Positions 50,611-60,610 are shown, numbered from the stretch's first letter. The stretch: 64,000 nt of DNA from an uncultured Rivularia sp. (GCA_963665115.1 OY762007.1:5184001-5248000), one strand, 5' to 3'. A program made the numbers and translations. Notes: a model not told the origin generated them from the letters alone.

Positions 50611-51387
50611 ATGAATAAAACATCAGTTTCCAATTACGATTGGAATAGTTCGCTGTACCAAGAAAAACACGCTTTTGTATGGTATTACGGCGAAAATTTA
50701 TCAAAAATGCTCAATCCGCAGCCAAAAGAACGAATTTTAGATTTAGGATGCGGTACAGGGCAATTAACAGCGAAAATTGCGGAGGCAGGTGCTGAAGTAA
50801 TCGGAATTGATAGCGCACCTGAAATGATTGAGCAAGCGCAGCAAAATTATCCAAACCTAAAATTTCAAGTCGCGGATGCCAAGAATTTTCAGCTATCCCA
50901 ACCTGTAGATGCTGTTTTTTCCAACGCCGTATTGCATTGGATTCCACAAGCGGATGAGGTAATTAGCAGTATTCACGAATCGCTCAAAATGGGTGAACGT
51001 TTTATTGCAGAATTTGGTGGAAAAGGAAATATTGATTCAATTGCCAAAGCTTTGTACGCAGCATTAGAGAAAATTGGTGTTGATGCAGCAGATTTAAATC
51101 CTTGGTACTTTCCCAGCATCGGCGAATACGCTTCAAAGTTAGAAAAACAAGGTTTTGAAGTTACCTATAGTAATTTATTTTTTCGTCCAACTTTACTGCA
51201 AGACAAAGATGCAGGTTTGGCGAATTGGATAAAAATGTTTTGTGTAAATTTCTTTCAAGGGTTGTCGGAAGAAGAAAAAATAATGGTAATTCAAGATGTA
51301 GAAAAGCAGTTAAAACCGAAGTTATATCAACAAGGAAACTGGTTTGCTGACTATCGACGAATTCAAGTAAAAGCAATTAAAAAATAG
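50611..51387 (+). CDS. Class I SAM-dependent methyltransferase
   Basis: ILDLGCGTG, DAVFSNAVLHW; start ATG 50611. Confidence 0.88.
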   Translation: MNKTSVSNYDWNSSLYQEKHAFVWYYGENLSKMLNPQPKERILDLGCGTGQLTAKIAEAGAEVIGIDSAPEMIEQAQQNYPNLKFQVADAKNFQLSQPVDAVFSNAVLHWIPQADEVISSIHESLKMGERFIAEFGGKGNIDSIAKALYAALEKIGVDAADLNPWYFPSIGEYASKLEKQGFEVTYSNLFFRPTLLQDKDAGLANWIKMFCVNFFQGLSEEEKIMVIQDVEKQLKPKLYQQGNWFADYRRIQVKAIKK

Positions 51388-51430
51388 GGGATTGGGAATT
51401 GGGAATTAATCTCAAATCCAAAATTTCATC

Positions 51431-52186
51431 GTGGAATCAATATTTTTCTTATTCACCGCATCATTGCTTGCAGGAATCGTTAATGGTGTGGCTGGTGGTG
51501 GTGGCTTGATTGCTTTTCCTGCACTTTTAATAACGGGAATTCCTTCTATTAATGCTAATGCTACGAATGCAGCAGCACTTTGGTTTGGCACAGTTGCAAG
51601 TACTGTGGCTTACCGACGCGAATTATCGGGCAAACTACGTTTATTACTATTACTCAGTTGTGTCAGCATCATGGGAGGAATTATTGGCTCTTACCTACTT
51701 TTACATACATCCCAAACTAAATTTTCTGCTTTAGTTCCATACCTGATGCTAACGGCAACGCTATTGTTTATTTTCAGTCAACCTTTGATGAAATGGTTAA
51801 ATAAATGCAATCAGAATTCAGAACAAATTAGCTTACCATTAACAATTATTTTGCCCTTACAGTTATCGATCGCAACTTATGGAGGTTACTTTGGTGGTGG
51901 TAGCGGAATCTTAATGTTAGCTGTCTTAAATCTTATGGGTATGCAAAATATCCATACTTTAAATGCTTATAAAAGTTGGTTGGCTACCTGTATTAACGCA
52001 GCAGCTATTATTCACTTTACTTTTGCGAACAAAATATTTTGGTTTGAAGCAATTATTATGGCTTTCGGTGCAATTGTTGGCGCTTATAGTAATGTCTATC
52101 TAGCGCGTAAACTAAATCCTTTATGGATACGAAGTTTGATTGTCGGCGTTAGTTTGAGTATGACTTGCTACTTTTTTATTCGATAA
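51431..52186 (+). CDS. TauE/SafE (TSUP) family membrane transporter
   Basis: AGGGGLI.FPAL, YGGYFGGGSG; about 8 TM segments. Confidence 0.85.
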   Translation: MESIFFLFTASLLAGIVNGVAGGGGLIAFPALLITGIPSINANATNAAALWFGTVASTVAYRRELSGKLRLLLLLSCVSIMGGIIGSYLLLHTSQTKFSALVPYLMLTATLLFIFSQPLMKWLNKCNQNSEQISLPLTIILPLQLSIATYGGYFGGGSGILMLAVLNLMGMQNIHTLNAYKSWLATCINAAAIIHFTFANKIFWFEAIIMAFGAIVGAYSNVYLARKLNPLWIRSLIVGVSLSMTCYFFIR

Positions 52187-52323
52187 ATACATCGGAACTT
52201 TAAGTTAATTAGGGCACTCGTAAAAACCATATTTAAAGATTATAATTACAAAGGAACACTCCCGCATTAAAAGCCAGTCAATATATTTTTAGATACTTTG
52301 TCACAATCAATTAACAAACTATC

Positions 52324-52839
52324 ATGCGTCAATTTTATTTACTGTTTAGTATCTGTATTTCTACACTTTCAATATTTCCCGTTCAATTTGTCGAAGCACG
52401 AGATTCTCGAATTCCCACTCCTTCTCAAGCGCCTTTGGAACTAGATTTATTGACTAATCCTAAAGGTAACGTAATTACGGCAGATACTATTTATCAAAAA
52501 CAGTTAACTGTTCCTAGTTTATGGTGGGCGCAGGAACAATCGGAAAATAAACTTTTAGACAACTGGATAGCATACCCTGCCAATAATGCTCAACCAGGAA
52601 GAGTCGATTTAATTGTCAACGAACAAATTTGGAACGTATTAGATTATTTAGAACGTTATAACTTTGTCAATCGCTTGGGCACCGAAGCACGAACTTACGG
52701 TTACAATATTCGCGTTTTCAACTACGAAAAAGAACCTTTAGCAACTTATACCTGTAACTTAAATCTCAAAACACCTTTGTGCAATATCGATCTAAATGTT
52801 ACAGGTTTAATAATGGATACTTCGGTTTCAAACAATTAA
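52324..52839 (+). CDS. Conserved secreted hypothetical protein
   Basis: Signal peptide; PSLWWAQEQ...RVDLIVN..W. Confidence 0.65.
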   Translation: MRQFYLLFSICISTLSIFPVQFVEARDSRIPTPSQAPLELDLLTNPKGNVITADTIYQKQLTVPSLWWAQEQSENKLLDNWIAYPANNAQPGRVDLIVNEQIWNVLDYLERYNFVNRLGTEARTYGYNIRVFNYEKEPLATYTCNLNLKTPLCNIDLNVTGLIMDTSVSNN

Positions 52840-52880
52840 TATCAATTATCAATTAACCTTTAACCTTTATCCTTTAACCT

Positions 52881-54053
52881 TCATCCTACTTTCATTTTTT
52901 CAAAAAACGAATCATACTGCTCGCTTGTTGTTTTTGATAAAGGAGTTAAAAATTCACTTTTATTGAAAATTTCAGGATTTACTAATAATAGATTTTGTAA
53001 CGGTTTGGGAACTTCAGATGCTGCGATCTTTGTTATATCTGTTGAAATCGGGGAATTAGCTTTGGTAAGTAAAGCGATTTGTTTTGCTATCTTCGTTTCC
53101 CAGCAATAATCAATCCACTTATTTGATAAATCTTCTTTATCATTGCCTTTGGGCTGTACCCACAAATCTGCCCAAAGTGCAGTTCCGGAATTTGGAACAA
53201 TTATGCTAAGTTGCGGATAACGGGAAAGTAAAGAGACAATATCATTTGACCAACCTACTGCTACCCAGGTATCTCCAAGAATTAACGGTTCGATATAACT
53301 AGCTGAATTATAAAATTTTACCTGCTTATCTAAATTTTGTAATTCTTCTGCTAAAGATGTTACCTCGTTTAGATTCTCGGTGTTATAGGATTTTCCTAAT
53401 TTTTTTAACGTCAAACCAACAACTTCTCGTGGCTGGTTAACTAAAGAAATCCGTCCTTTTAATTCTTCTCGCCACAAATCGCTCCAATCTTGCAATTCCC
53501 AATTAAATTTTTCTAACTTATCGCGACGATAAATAATTACTGTACTACCCCAACGGTAAGGTGCTGCCCAAATTTTTCCTTGTTTATCTACCTTACCTTG
53601 GTTGTTGCGCGTTACCAATTCTTGCCATTTTGGAGATAATTTAGACCAGTTTTCTAGCTTTTCACCAGACAACGGTTGAATAAGCTCCCCTTCAATTGCA
53701 TCTTTTAACCAGAAATCTCCCAAAGTAGCTAAATCAATATTTTTTGGTTGAGATTTGCCAAAAAATCGGGTGATATCGAACCCTTCAGATTTATTTCCTG
53801 CTGTTTGGTTTTTCTTCAAACTTTTCAATCGCTTGAATAATTCCTGTAACTGTACTACTGGCGAGAATTTCAACTGTACTTTTTGCGACAAATTTTTCTC
53901 AAGTTGATTCTCAAATCCTTTAAGTATCCTTCCTGGAATAGAACCTTTGAGTACCTGTACTGTTAATTGTGGCTGTTTGGCTGCATTACACCCTACAAGC
54001 AATTGGGAAACAAAGAGTGTAGATGTACCGAACAAAAATGAGCGTCTGTGCAT
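52881..54053 (-). CDS. PotD-like extracellular solute-binding lipoprotein
   Basis: RRSFL Tat motif plus LVGC lipobox; PYRWG, DWSDLW, P.SG..LWAD. Confidence 0.82.
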   Translation of the reverse strand: MHRRSFLFGTSTLFVSQLLVGCNAAKQPQLTVQVLKGSIPGRILKGFENQLEKNLSQKVQLKFSPVVQLQELFKRLKSLKKNQTAGNKSEGFDITRFFGKSQPKNIDLATLGDFWLKDAIEGELIQPLSGEKLENWSKLSPKWQELVTRNNQGKVDKQGKIWAAPYRWGSTVIIYRRDKLEKFNWELQDWSDLWREELKGRISLVNQPREVVGLTLKKLGKSYNTENLNEVTSLAEELQNLDKQVKFYNSASYIEPLILGDTWVAVGWSNDIVSLLSRYPQLSIIVPNSGTALWADLWVQPKGNDKEDLSNKWIDYCWETKIAKQIALLTKANSPISTDITKIAASEVPKPLQNLLLVNPEIFNKSEFLTPLSKTTSEQYDSFFEKMKVG

Positions 54054-54896
54054 ACTTATCAGTTTTATTTTTATGTATTATAATAACCGCTTTCGCCGAT
54101 TGTAACTGATATGTTCCGCAAGCTGGGAACATCAAAATTAATTACTGTATATGTAGCTCTTAATATTTATCCGGCAATATATATTGATTTATTTTTCTGA
54201 TAATCAATATAATTTTTAGTTCTTGAAATCTATTTTTTACACCATATTAGCAGCGTGACGATAAGACACTTCATGTACGCCACCGGGCATTACTAATCTA
54301 ATTAAATTTGTATCTATATAAAATCTTTAAAATCCTATTTTGTCGAAAAAAATCTGCTTACTTCTGACAATAAACTCAATAATGCCCCTTCTAGCTCAAT
54401 CAATCTCCATCTTTAGTTAGAAATAATTAACCGCTATTCTCAGGTAAGTATCGTTATGAAAATTGTTAGTACATCATAAATTTTATATCTTTAGGATTAA
54501 CAATAAAATAATTGCTGTGACTCGAACATAAAACTGGCAAAAGTCCCAACATATATAGCTTACAAGGATAAAATAAATTTAACAAAAATCTTTAATATTC
54601 GACTGTATTTTGCAGATCCAACTTTCTTTATATTTGCTGAAAACTATTGATATATATCGATCGTAGCAAAACTTTACAATTCTACTTTTTGATATTATCA
54701 AGTCATCATTATTCCCGTATTTTTTTTACAAGTTAACTTAAGCAACTACCATAAGGATTGTTTTGATTTATTACCAATGAATGAGTTAAGTGTGGAGGTG
54801 AAAAATAAAAACTGGAACGTTAAATAAATCATAAGTATAGTTAACTTTAGCAATAGAAAGAATAATATAGAGATACATCTTAAACGAGGGTATGAA

Positions 54897-55277
54897 ATGG
54901 AGCAGTTAAAGCATCAAGTGTCGAGCCTAAGTAATAAGCTTGACAACCTTTATCAAGTGGTTGAGCAGCTAGATGGTAAAGTTTCTCAAGCTTTAACAGA
55001 TTGTAATTTAGCAGCAGCCTGTCAGGGTAAAGACAAAAATGAAACAGTTGGCGATTTGGCGGAATATCAATTAAAGCATTCGATTGGCTTAAATTCTGAA
55101 CTCGAACATAAAGATGTATTAGTAGATGACGTTTATCTAGATGGAAATTTTGAAGCAGGAGATAAACATTTAACGGCAGAGATTCAGATTCAGCGACTTA
55201 CAGCTCAATTAACAGCAGCATACAATCGCATTGCCGCCTTGGAAGAGCAATTACTACTCAAAAGAATCAATTCCTAA
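54897..55277 (+). CDS. Small coiled-coil hypothetical protein
   Basis: GAGG SD; C-terminal QIQRLTAQLTAAYNRIAALEEQLL. Confidence 0.7.
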   Translation: MEQLKHQVSSLSNKLDNLYQVVEQLDGKVSQALTDCNLAAACQGKDKNETVGDLAEYQLKHSIGLNSELEHKDVLVDDVYLDGNFEAGDKHLTAEIQIQRLTAQLTAAYNRIAALEEQLLLKRINS

Positions 55278-55356
55278 GCAAAAAACTCAAAAAGAGGACT
55301 TTTCCTAATCAAGTTAGAATCAGTTGCTGTTGATACTGTTTTTGCTGCGTAGATTT

Positions 55357-56583
55357 CTATGCTTGCCAATAACGGTCTAATTGGGCTTCAACTGCCCTTA
55401 ATAGCTGGTGAGAAAGCCAATTTTCGCTCAAATAAGCAGCAATGCAAGCACCTCCAGCACCCATACCCTCCTTAACAAAACCTTGTTCGTAAGCTTGTAA
55501 CTGAAGATAACGAGAACTATCAAAACATAGCTCAGTGGAAAGTAGAGAAGGTGCGAGAGCGCTGTTTCTACCTATCTGCTGGGCTAATTCTATCGTTTTG
55601 CCACTAGAATCATCTGTAACCCAGCGAGTAGTACCCACAACTATTTCTGAAGGTTGCCAAGACAGATCGTAAAATTCGCAGATTGCACCAGCCAAAGCTA
55701 ACACAGCCAACATTTGCGTACCCCCAGCCAGCAAAACACCCCCATCACGACTTGCAGCGATCGCCATTCCAGCCACAACAACCTGCATCGGATCTCCCAC
55801 ACCAGTAACCAACCGCAACGGATCTATTCGATTTTGCGGAAAGTTGGGGGTGGAGATTTTCTTCCCCCCAAACTTTCCAAGACGGATTTTGGATTTTGGA
55901 TTTTGGATTTCCTTTTGTCCCCTTTCCCTCTCCCCCTCTCCCCCTCTCCCCCTCTCCCCCATCTTCCCCAATCCTGCTTGTACAATTTCCCATTTCTGCG
56001 CGTGATTACAAACGGGATGGGAACTATTAACCATACCTTGGGCAGCAATACCCAAACCCGTCAAAATTGCCAGAGCAGTAGTAGTGCCACCAACAACGCA
56101 CTCACCTATAACTAAATAATCGTTTTGCTTATTGCGAGCAAGTTTTTCACCCCAAATCAAGCCTTGCTCGAACAAATGATGTACCGTCGCTAAATTCATT
56201 GCCGCACCTTGACTTAAACATTTAGCCGGTACACCTTGCAAATCAATAGTTGGTACAGTTGGGGCTTCGGGCAAACCTGCATTAAATAGATAAACTGGAA
56301 TATTTAGTTCCTCCACCACAGCGCGAGTAATAAACACTGGGGAAGCACCCGCAATCAGTGCAGGTAAAGGATATTGCCCTCTTTTATCTGCTCCATAGTA
56401 TAAAAACTCAGCATCAGCCAAAGCCGTATACTTTCGATCCTCCGGAGTACTACCAGCCGCAGAAATACCAGGAATCAAAGCTGTTTCAGTGAAACCTAAA
56501 ACGCAAGCAAACGCGGTTTTTTTGCCTTTATACTTAGAAACCCAACTTTCACCTTGAGTGATATTTGTATGTATGCGAAGCAT
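55357..56583 (-). CDS. cobT: Nicotinate-nucleotide phosphoribosyltransferase CobT (TIGR00303 type) with an in-frame repeat insertion
   Basis: T.TALIPGISAAG, GECVVGGTTTA, LAGGTQM, GFVKEG.GAGG. Confidence 0.87.
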   Translation of the reverse strand: MLRIHTNITQGESWVSKYKGKKTAFACVLGFTETALIPGISAAGSTPEDRKYTALADAEFLYYGADKRGQYPLPALIAGASPVFITRAVVEELNIPVYLFNAGLPEAPTVPTIDLQGVPAKCLSQGAAMNLATVHHLFEQGLIWGEKLARNKQNDYLVIGECVVGGTTTALAILTGLGIAAQGMVNSSHPVCNHAQKWEIVQAGLGKMGERGRGGEGERERGQKEIQNPKSKIRLGKFGGKKISTPNFPQNRIDPLRLVTGVGDPMQVVVAGMAIAASRDGGVLLAGGTQMLAVLALAGAICEFYDLSWQPSEIVVGTTRWVTDDSSGKTIELAQQIGRNSALAPSLLSTELCFDSSRYLQLQAYEQGFVKEGMGAGGACIAAYLSENWLSHQLLRAVEAQLDRYWQA

Positions 56584-56660
56584 TGTATTTAGGAATGGGG
56601 GATGGGAGCAGTTAGGAATGAGTAGTGAGTAGTGAGTAGTGAGTAGTGAGTTGGGAGCAG

Positions 56661-56764
56661 TAAGCTGATGTGCAGCTAAATTGTATAAAACAAAATTTGG
56701 TAATTATTGTAGTGCGGGCCGAACAGCCCGCTAGTACTATACAAATTAAGTGCGTAACAACTTA
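56661..56764. mobile_element. MITE-like cassette enclosing a REP
   Basis: 27-bp imperfect TIRs TAAGCTGATGTGCAGCTAAATTGTATA / TATACAAATTAAGTGCGTAACAACTTA. Confidence 0.65.
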
Positions 56765-56778
56765 AATAGTGAGTTAAT

Positions 56779-56888
56779 AATTAATTACCAATTACCAATT
56801 ACCAATTACCAATTACCAATTATCAATTACCAATTATCAATTACCAATTATCAATTACCAATTACCAATCCCCCATGCCCAATCCCCA
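56779..56888 (+). repeat. STRR heptamer array (AATTACC/AATTATC)n
   Basis: Directly visible; other STRR arrays near 15-50, 4650-4715, 23540-23590, 29240-29350, 36295-36400, 56620-56650. Confidence 0.9.
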
Positions 56889-57620
56889 TTACTCATAATC
56901 CATCAAAACCTGTACCCACTGCGGTGGACGGGGTATGGGATTGCCTAAACGATCTAATAATAACCATGCTGCTATATGTACTACGAATAAATATATAAAG
57001 TTGTTGAGCAATATTAAGGCAATGGCTCCGATTTGAATTAGGAAGGGGTTGGGAGTTGTAAGGATTCCTATGTTGACGAATAACCATTCTAAAAAGTTGG
57101 TTACTTGATTAATTAAATAAATCCATAAATCTTCACCTGAGAGTAAGGATAGTAAGGATAGCCTAAAAAATACGCCAATTGTACCTAGAAGGGTAGCCAA
57201 ACTTATGGAAACAATCCAGGGAACGCGGCGATGCCATGCTGAGCCTAAAAGTACTCCCATAAAAGCATAGGGCATTACGAATAGCATACTTCTGGTCGGT
57301 CCCATTAAGACCAATAACAGTAAACCGGAGGTTAATGCTGACATCCATGCAGCCCTGCTATTCCAGCGGAGGTAGACTAAAGCGATGGGTATGGGGAAGA
57401 ATACTTTTAACAGACCTAAAGGAAAATAAAAATTAATAAACCAAATCAAACTAGCGGTACTTGCCAAAAATGCCGTTTCTACCATTTTTAATGGCGCATC
57501 GGTTTGAAGTTGAGGTTTCGCTAAGTGTTGGCTGTGGGTAAGATTATCCGATTCGGGGTTAGGTTTTTTGGAGTTAAAAGAATTTCCTCTATCATCTGGC
57601 GAAGAACTAAGAATATCCAT
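56889..57620 (-). CDS. DUF2232 membrane protein
   Basis: MVETAFLASTASLIW...LMGPTRS. Confidence 0.75.
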   Translation of the reverse strand: MDILSSSPDDRGNSFNSKKPNPESDNLTHSQHLAKPQLQTDAPLKMVETAFLASTASLIWFINFYFPLGLLKVFFPIPIALVYLRWNSRAAWMSALTSGLLLLVLMGPTRSMLFVMPYAFMGVLLGSAWHRRVPWIVSISLATLLGTIGVFFRLSLLSLLSGEDLWIYLINQVTNFLEWLFVNIGILTTPNPFLIQIGAIALILLNNFIYLFVVHIAAWLLLDRLGNPIPRPPQWVQVLMDYE

Positions 57621-57644
57621 GTGAAAAACGCGCTCTGTAATTCG

Positions 57645-58343
57645 TTAAACTATCATCTTTTCTAACGCTGATACATCAGGAATACAAATAACCTCCCCAT
57701 TGCGTTTGATCAATTTTTTCTTTTCTAACTTAGTTAATACTCTAGTTACGGTTTCTCTTGCCAATCCGCTCAAACTACTTAACTCTCGATGGGGTAGATT
57801 AGGAATTTCCACACCCGTAGTATTTTGTATTCCTTGTCCTTCTGCTAAAAATAATAAAGTGTCAGCTACGCGAGAAGCTGCATCCGATTCGCGCAATCGC
57901 AAACGTCGGTTAACTTGTCGCAAGCGTCGTGCCATTAACTGTGCTAATCGCACACCCGCTAAAGGTTCGGTGTTAAGTAACTTAATGAAATCTTGTGATG
58001 GCAAACTACCAATTTCAGTCGCAGTTAAGGTGATAACATCGGTGGAGCGAGGTACTTCATCTAATGCAGCCATTTCACCAAATAATTCCCCTCTGCCTAG
58101 AATATTTAAAGTTAATTCTTTGCCTTCTAGATTGTAAGTGCGAATTTTAACCCAGCCATCCAAAATAAAATATACGGAACCTCCCCAGTCATTTTCCAGT
58201 AAAATTACTTGATTAGCTGGGTGAGAACGACTGACAAGATTGCTCAAAGCTGATTTAATAGAATCTTTTGGTAGCCCTTCAAAAAACATAGTTGAGAAAA
58301 TAATATCTTTGGCGGGGGGATGCAAGCTATACCTGTCTTCCAT
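57645..58343 (-). CDS. cAMP-receptor (Crp) family regulator, SyCrp1/AnCrpA-like
   Basis: FGEMAALDEVPRS cNMP site; HTH GLARETVTR; likely start ATG 58343. Confidence 0.85.
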   Translation of the reverse strand: MEDRYSLHPPAKDIIFSTMFFEGLPKDSIKSALSNLVSRSHPANQVILLENDWGGSVYFILDGWVKIRTYNLEGKELTLNILGRGELFGEMAALDEVPRSTDVITLTATEIGSLPSQDFIKLLNTEPLAGVRLAQLMARRLRQVNRRLRLRESDAASRVADTLLFLAEGQGIQNTTGVEIPNLPHRELSSLSGLARETVTRVLTKLEKKKLIKRNGEVICIPDVSALEKMIV

Positions 58344-58584
58344 TGGGACATTTTTATCTAATTTGTAATGCAAATTACTTTCTAAACTACCAGTTTGTGG
58401 CCCAAGCTATCAAAGTACAACCGAGCAAAACAAAACTCAACTATATTAGCTAAAAAAAGTAGATAAAAAATTGGGAATTGGGCATTGGGAATAATTACTA
58501 GTGAGTAGTAAGTAAATACAAATCACCTACTCGCTACAGGAGGATTTCAAATTTTTAATTTTGTAGTGCGAGCCGGAATGCTCG

Positions 58585-58951
58585 CTAATAAATATCAAAC
58601 GAGCTTTCCACCTTCCACTACCTGCGAATTTCTCAACAATTAGGATGCTCCACTCACTAATAAATATCAAGCGAGCATTCCGGCTCGCACTACCTGCGAA
58701 TTTCTCAACAATTAGGATGCTCCACTCCCTAATACAGCATATTTGATCTTTGTGAGGTACATTCGGACGGGCCTTCTCTGCCCCGAACTTTGACGGAAAG
58801 AACATCTCCCCGTCAAGTTCTCTCCATCCCACAAGAGTTTTGTAATATGAGGCTGTACCTCACTTATTTGCAAAGTGCTGTAAATATCAAACGAGCTTTC
58901 CGGCTCGCACTACCTGCGAATTTCTCAACAATTGGGATGCTCCACTCACTA
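58585..58951. repeat. 72-bp tandem triplication; third unit interrupted by a MITE
   Basis: Units start at 58585, 58657 and 58729; the third resumes at 58881. Confidence 0.85.
58733..58882. mobile_element. MITE with a TA target duplication
   Basis: TA-CAGCA...GTGAGGTACA / TGTACCTCAC...TGCTG-TA; removing it restores CTAATAAATATCAA. Confidence 0.75.
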
Positions 58952-59011
58952 CTCCCTATCTCCCTATCTCCCCATCTCCCTACTTACTCGGATTAATAAT
59001 ACTCAACTTAA

Positions 59012-60353
59012 GTAAGCATACTCCGCGTCTTTAGACCGGAGCTTTAGCCTAATTCGGAAAAGGCAGTCGGAAACAAGCTAAGTTGTCCTTCTAACTGACA
59101 AATCATCTTCAGACTTTCAGGCTGCGTTACGGACAACCCCAAAGCTGCAATATTCAATGCAGCATTAATATCAGCATCATGTTCAAAACCACAATTACCA
59201 CACTTATACTTTTTCCCGTTGCGATACGACTTCCCTTTGACCGGGTGGACGTGATGGCAGCGCGAGCAAGTTTGAGAAGTGTAAGCAGGTGGAATAAAAA
59301 CAATTGGAACTCCAGCGATACGAGCCTTATAATCAACAAACATTCGGAGTTGATAGAATGCCCAATTATTAGTTCTACGTCGTTCTGTTTTACTACGTCG
59401 CTTTTGATTGAGAGATTGTCTAATATTAGTCAAATCCTCAAAAGCAAGCGCAGCATTACTGCTTTTTGCGTTTTTAACAAGCTGTTTAGAAATATTGTGA
59501 TTCAACCACTTTTGAAAACGGTGTTCTCTCCCAGAAAGCCTTCTCATCAGTCTTCTAGAACTACGAGTGCGTTTGAATTGAACATTTGCTCTGACCTTAC
59601 TGTAATGGTCGCGAGTAGATTGAATCTTTTCACCACTCCAAGATTTACCAATAGAAGTTGTCGCTATGTCACGTCTTCCCAAATCAACTCCAATTACTTT
59701 AGGTGTTTTACCTGTTGGTTGAGTTGGAACTTCAATACAAATATTGATGTAATAGTCGCCTTTCCTGGTTTTATTCAAAGTTGCGGCTGTTGGGGATTGA
59801 CCTTTAAGCAATGCTTTTTGATAATTACCAATCGACAATTTAAACTTTTTACGGCCACACATCAAAGTAATGCCAACAGTTTGCAAGTCCTCAATATATT
59901 GAAAAGTTCTAATATCCAAATTCAAAGAAGTTGGACGAAACTTATGGACTTGTTTAACTGCCTTGGCGTTACCAATTACACGGCGAATAGCTTGACAAAC
60001 ATGGTTAGCTTTCAAACCAGTCGATTCTTTAATTGGTTTGTAGACCTTGTGATGCAGCTTAGTAGTATTCCAACAATTCTCATTTTTTGCAACTTCATAT
60101 ATCTGGTTGCAAGCGTCAGCAAATCCCTGCAAAGTAATGTCAATCTCTTGACGCAACTCTATAGGGACTTGAAGTTTACACTTAACAGATATAGTCTGCA
60201 TTTGAGCTTTATAAATACTCATCCAAGCATACCATTTAACGTTATAAATAAGCATAAATTCTTAAAAAATATTCACGGAGCAATAAATTACTCCGTGCCG
60301 CCTTTCCTCCCAGACTTAAAAGTACTGGGTTTTCATGCTCCCGCAAGGTCTTT
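59012..60353 (-). mobile_element. tnpB-only IS200/IS605-family element (IS1341/IS891-like)
   Basis: Right-end hairpin CTCCG-GTCTAAAGAC-GCGGAG then TATGCTTAC; left-end hairpins CCCAG..CTGGG and CACGGAG..CTCCGTG; boundaries are inferred. Confidence 0.65.
59044..60255 (-). CDS. tnpB: RNA-guided endonuclease TnpB
   Basis: RuvC GVDLG, AFEDL, DADINAA.NI and Zn finger CSRC/CGNC all intact; the start may be 60201. Confidence 0.93.
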   Translation of the reverse strand: MLIYNVKWYAWMSIYKAQMQTISVKCKLQVPIELRQEIDITLQGFADACNQIYEVAKNENCWNTTKLHHKVYKPIKESTGLKANHVCQAIRRVIGNAKAVKQVHKFRPTSLNLDIRTFQYIEDLQTVGITLMCGRKKFKLSIGNYQKALLKGQSPTAATLNKTRKGDYYINICIEVPTQPTGKTPKVIGVDLGRRDIATTSIGKSWSGEKIQSTRDHYSKVRANVQFKRTRSSRRLMRRLSGREHRFQKWLNHNISKQLVKNAKSSNAALAFEDLTNIRQSLNQKRRSKTERRRTNNWAFYQLRMFVDYKARIAGVPIVFIPPAYTSQTCSRCHHVHPVKGKSYRNGKKYKCGNCGFEHDADINAALNIAALGLSVTQPESLKMICQLEGQLSLFPTAFSELG

Positions 60354-60610
60354 ATGATTTTTGCTAACCTTTAATTTTTAACTGTTTGAGCGTAATATCT
60401 CGACAGCTTAGTTGTTATTACTATACTTAATGGCAATACTGTATCAATAGCATGAACATTACCATATTCGTATTATTCTCTTGACAAGCAAGAAAGGCTA
60501 CCTGATAGATAATATCGGGCTAGTAGTTGTAAATTGATTGGATTCACTAACGTTTTGCAGTGCTACGTTCGTCATTACCCTCTGTAAAGTTCACAAAAAG
60601 GAAATTTAAC

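Noticed and set aside
54054..54896. ncRNA or riboswitch in the 840-bp intergenic region (and near cobT and ribE)
   Set aside because: AT-rich with no cobalamin or FMN riboswitch motifs or convincing structure that I could recognise.
55714..56998. Short ORFs overlapping cobT and the 56750-56998 ORF
   Set aside because: Alternative frames of STRR/repeat sequence or shadows of real genes.
58585..58951. CRISPR array associated with TnpB (Cas12-like system)
   Set aside because: The units are 72-bp head-to-tail duplications with no unique spacers; the only intervening DNA is a MITE.
58527..58996. 101-aa and 68-aa ORFs
   Set aside because: Derived from the 72-bp repeats and the MITE.
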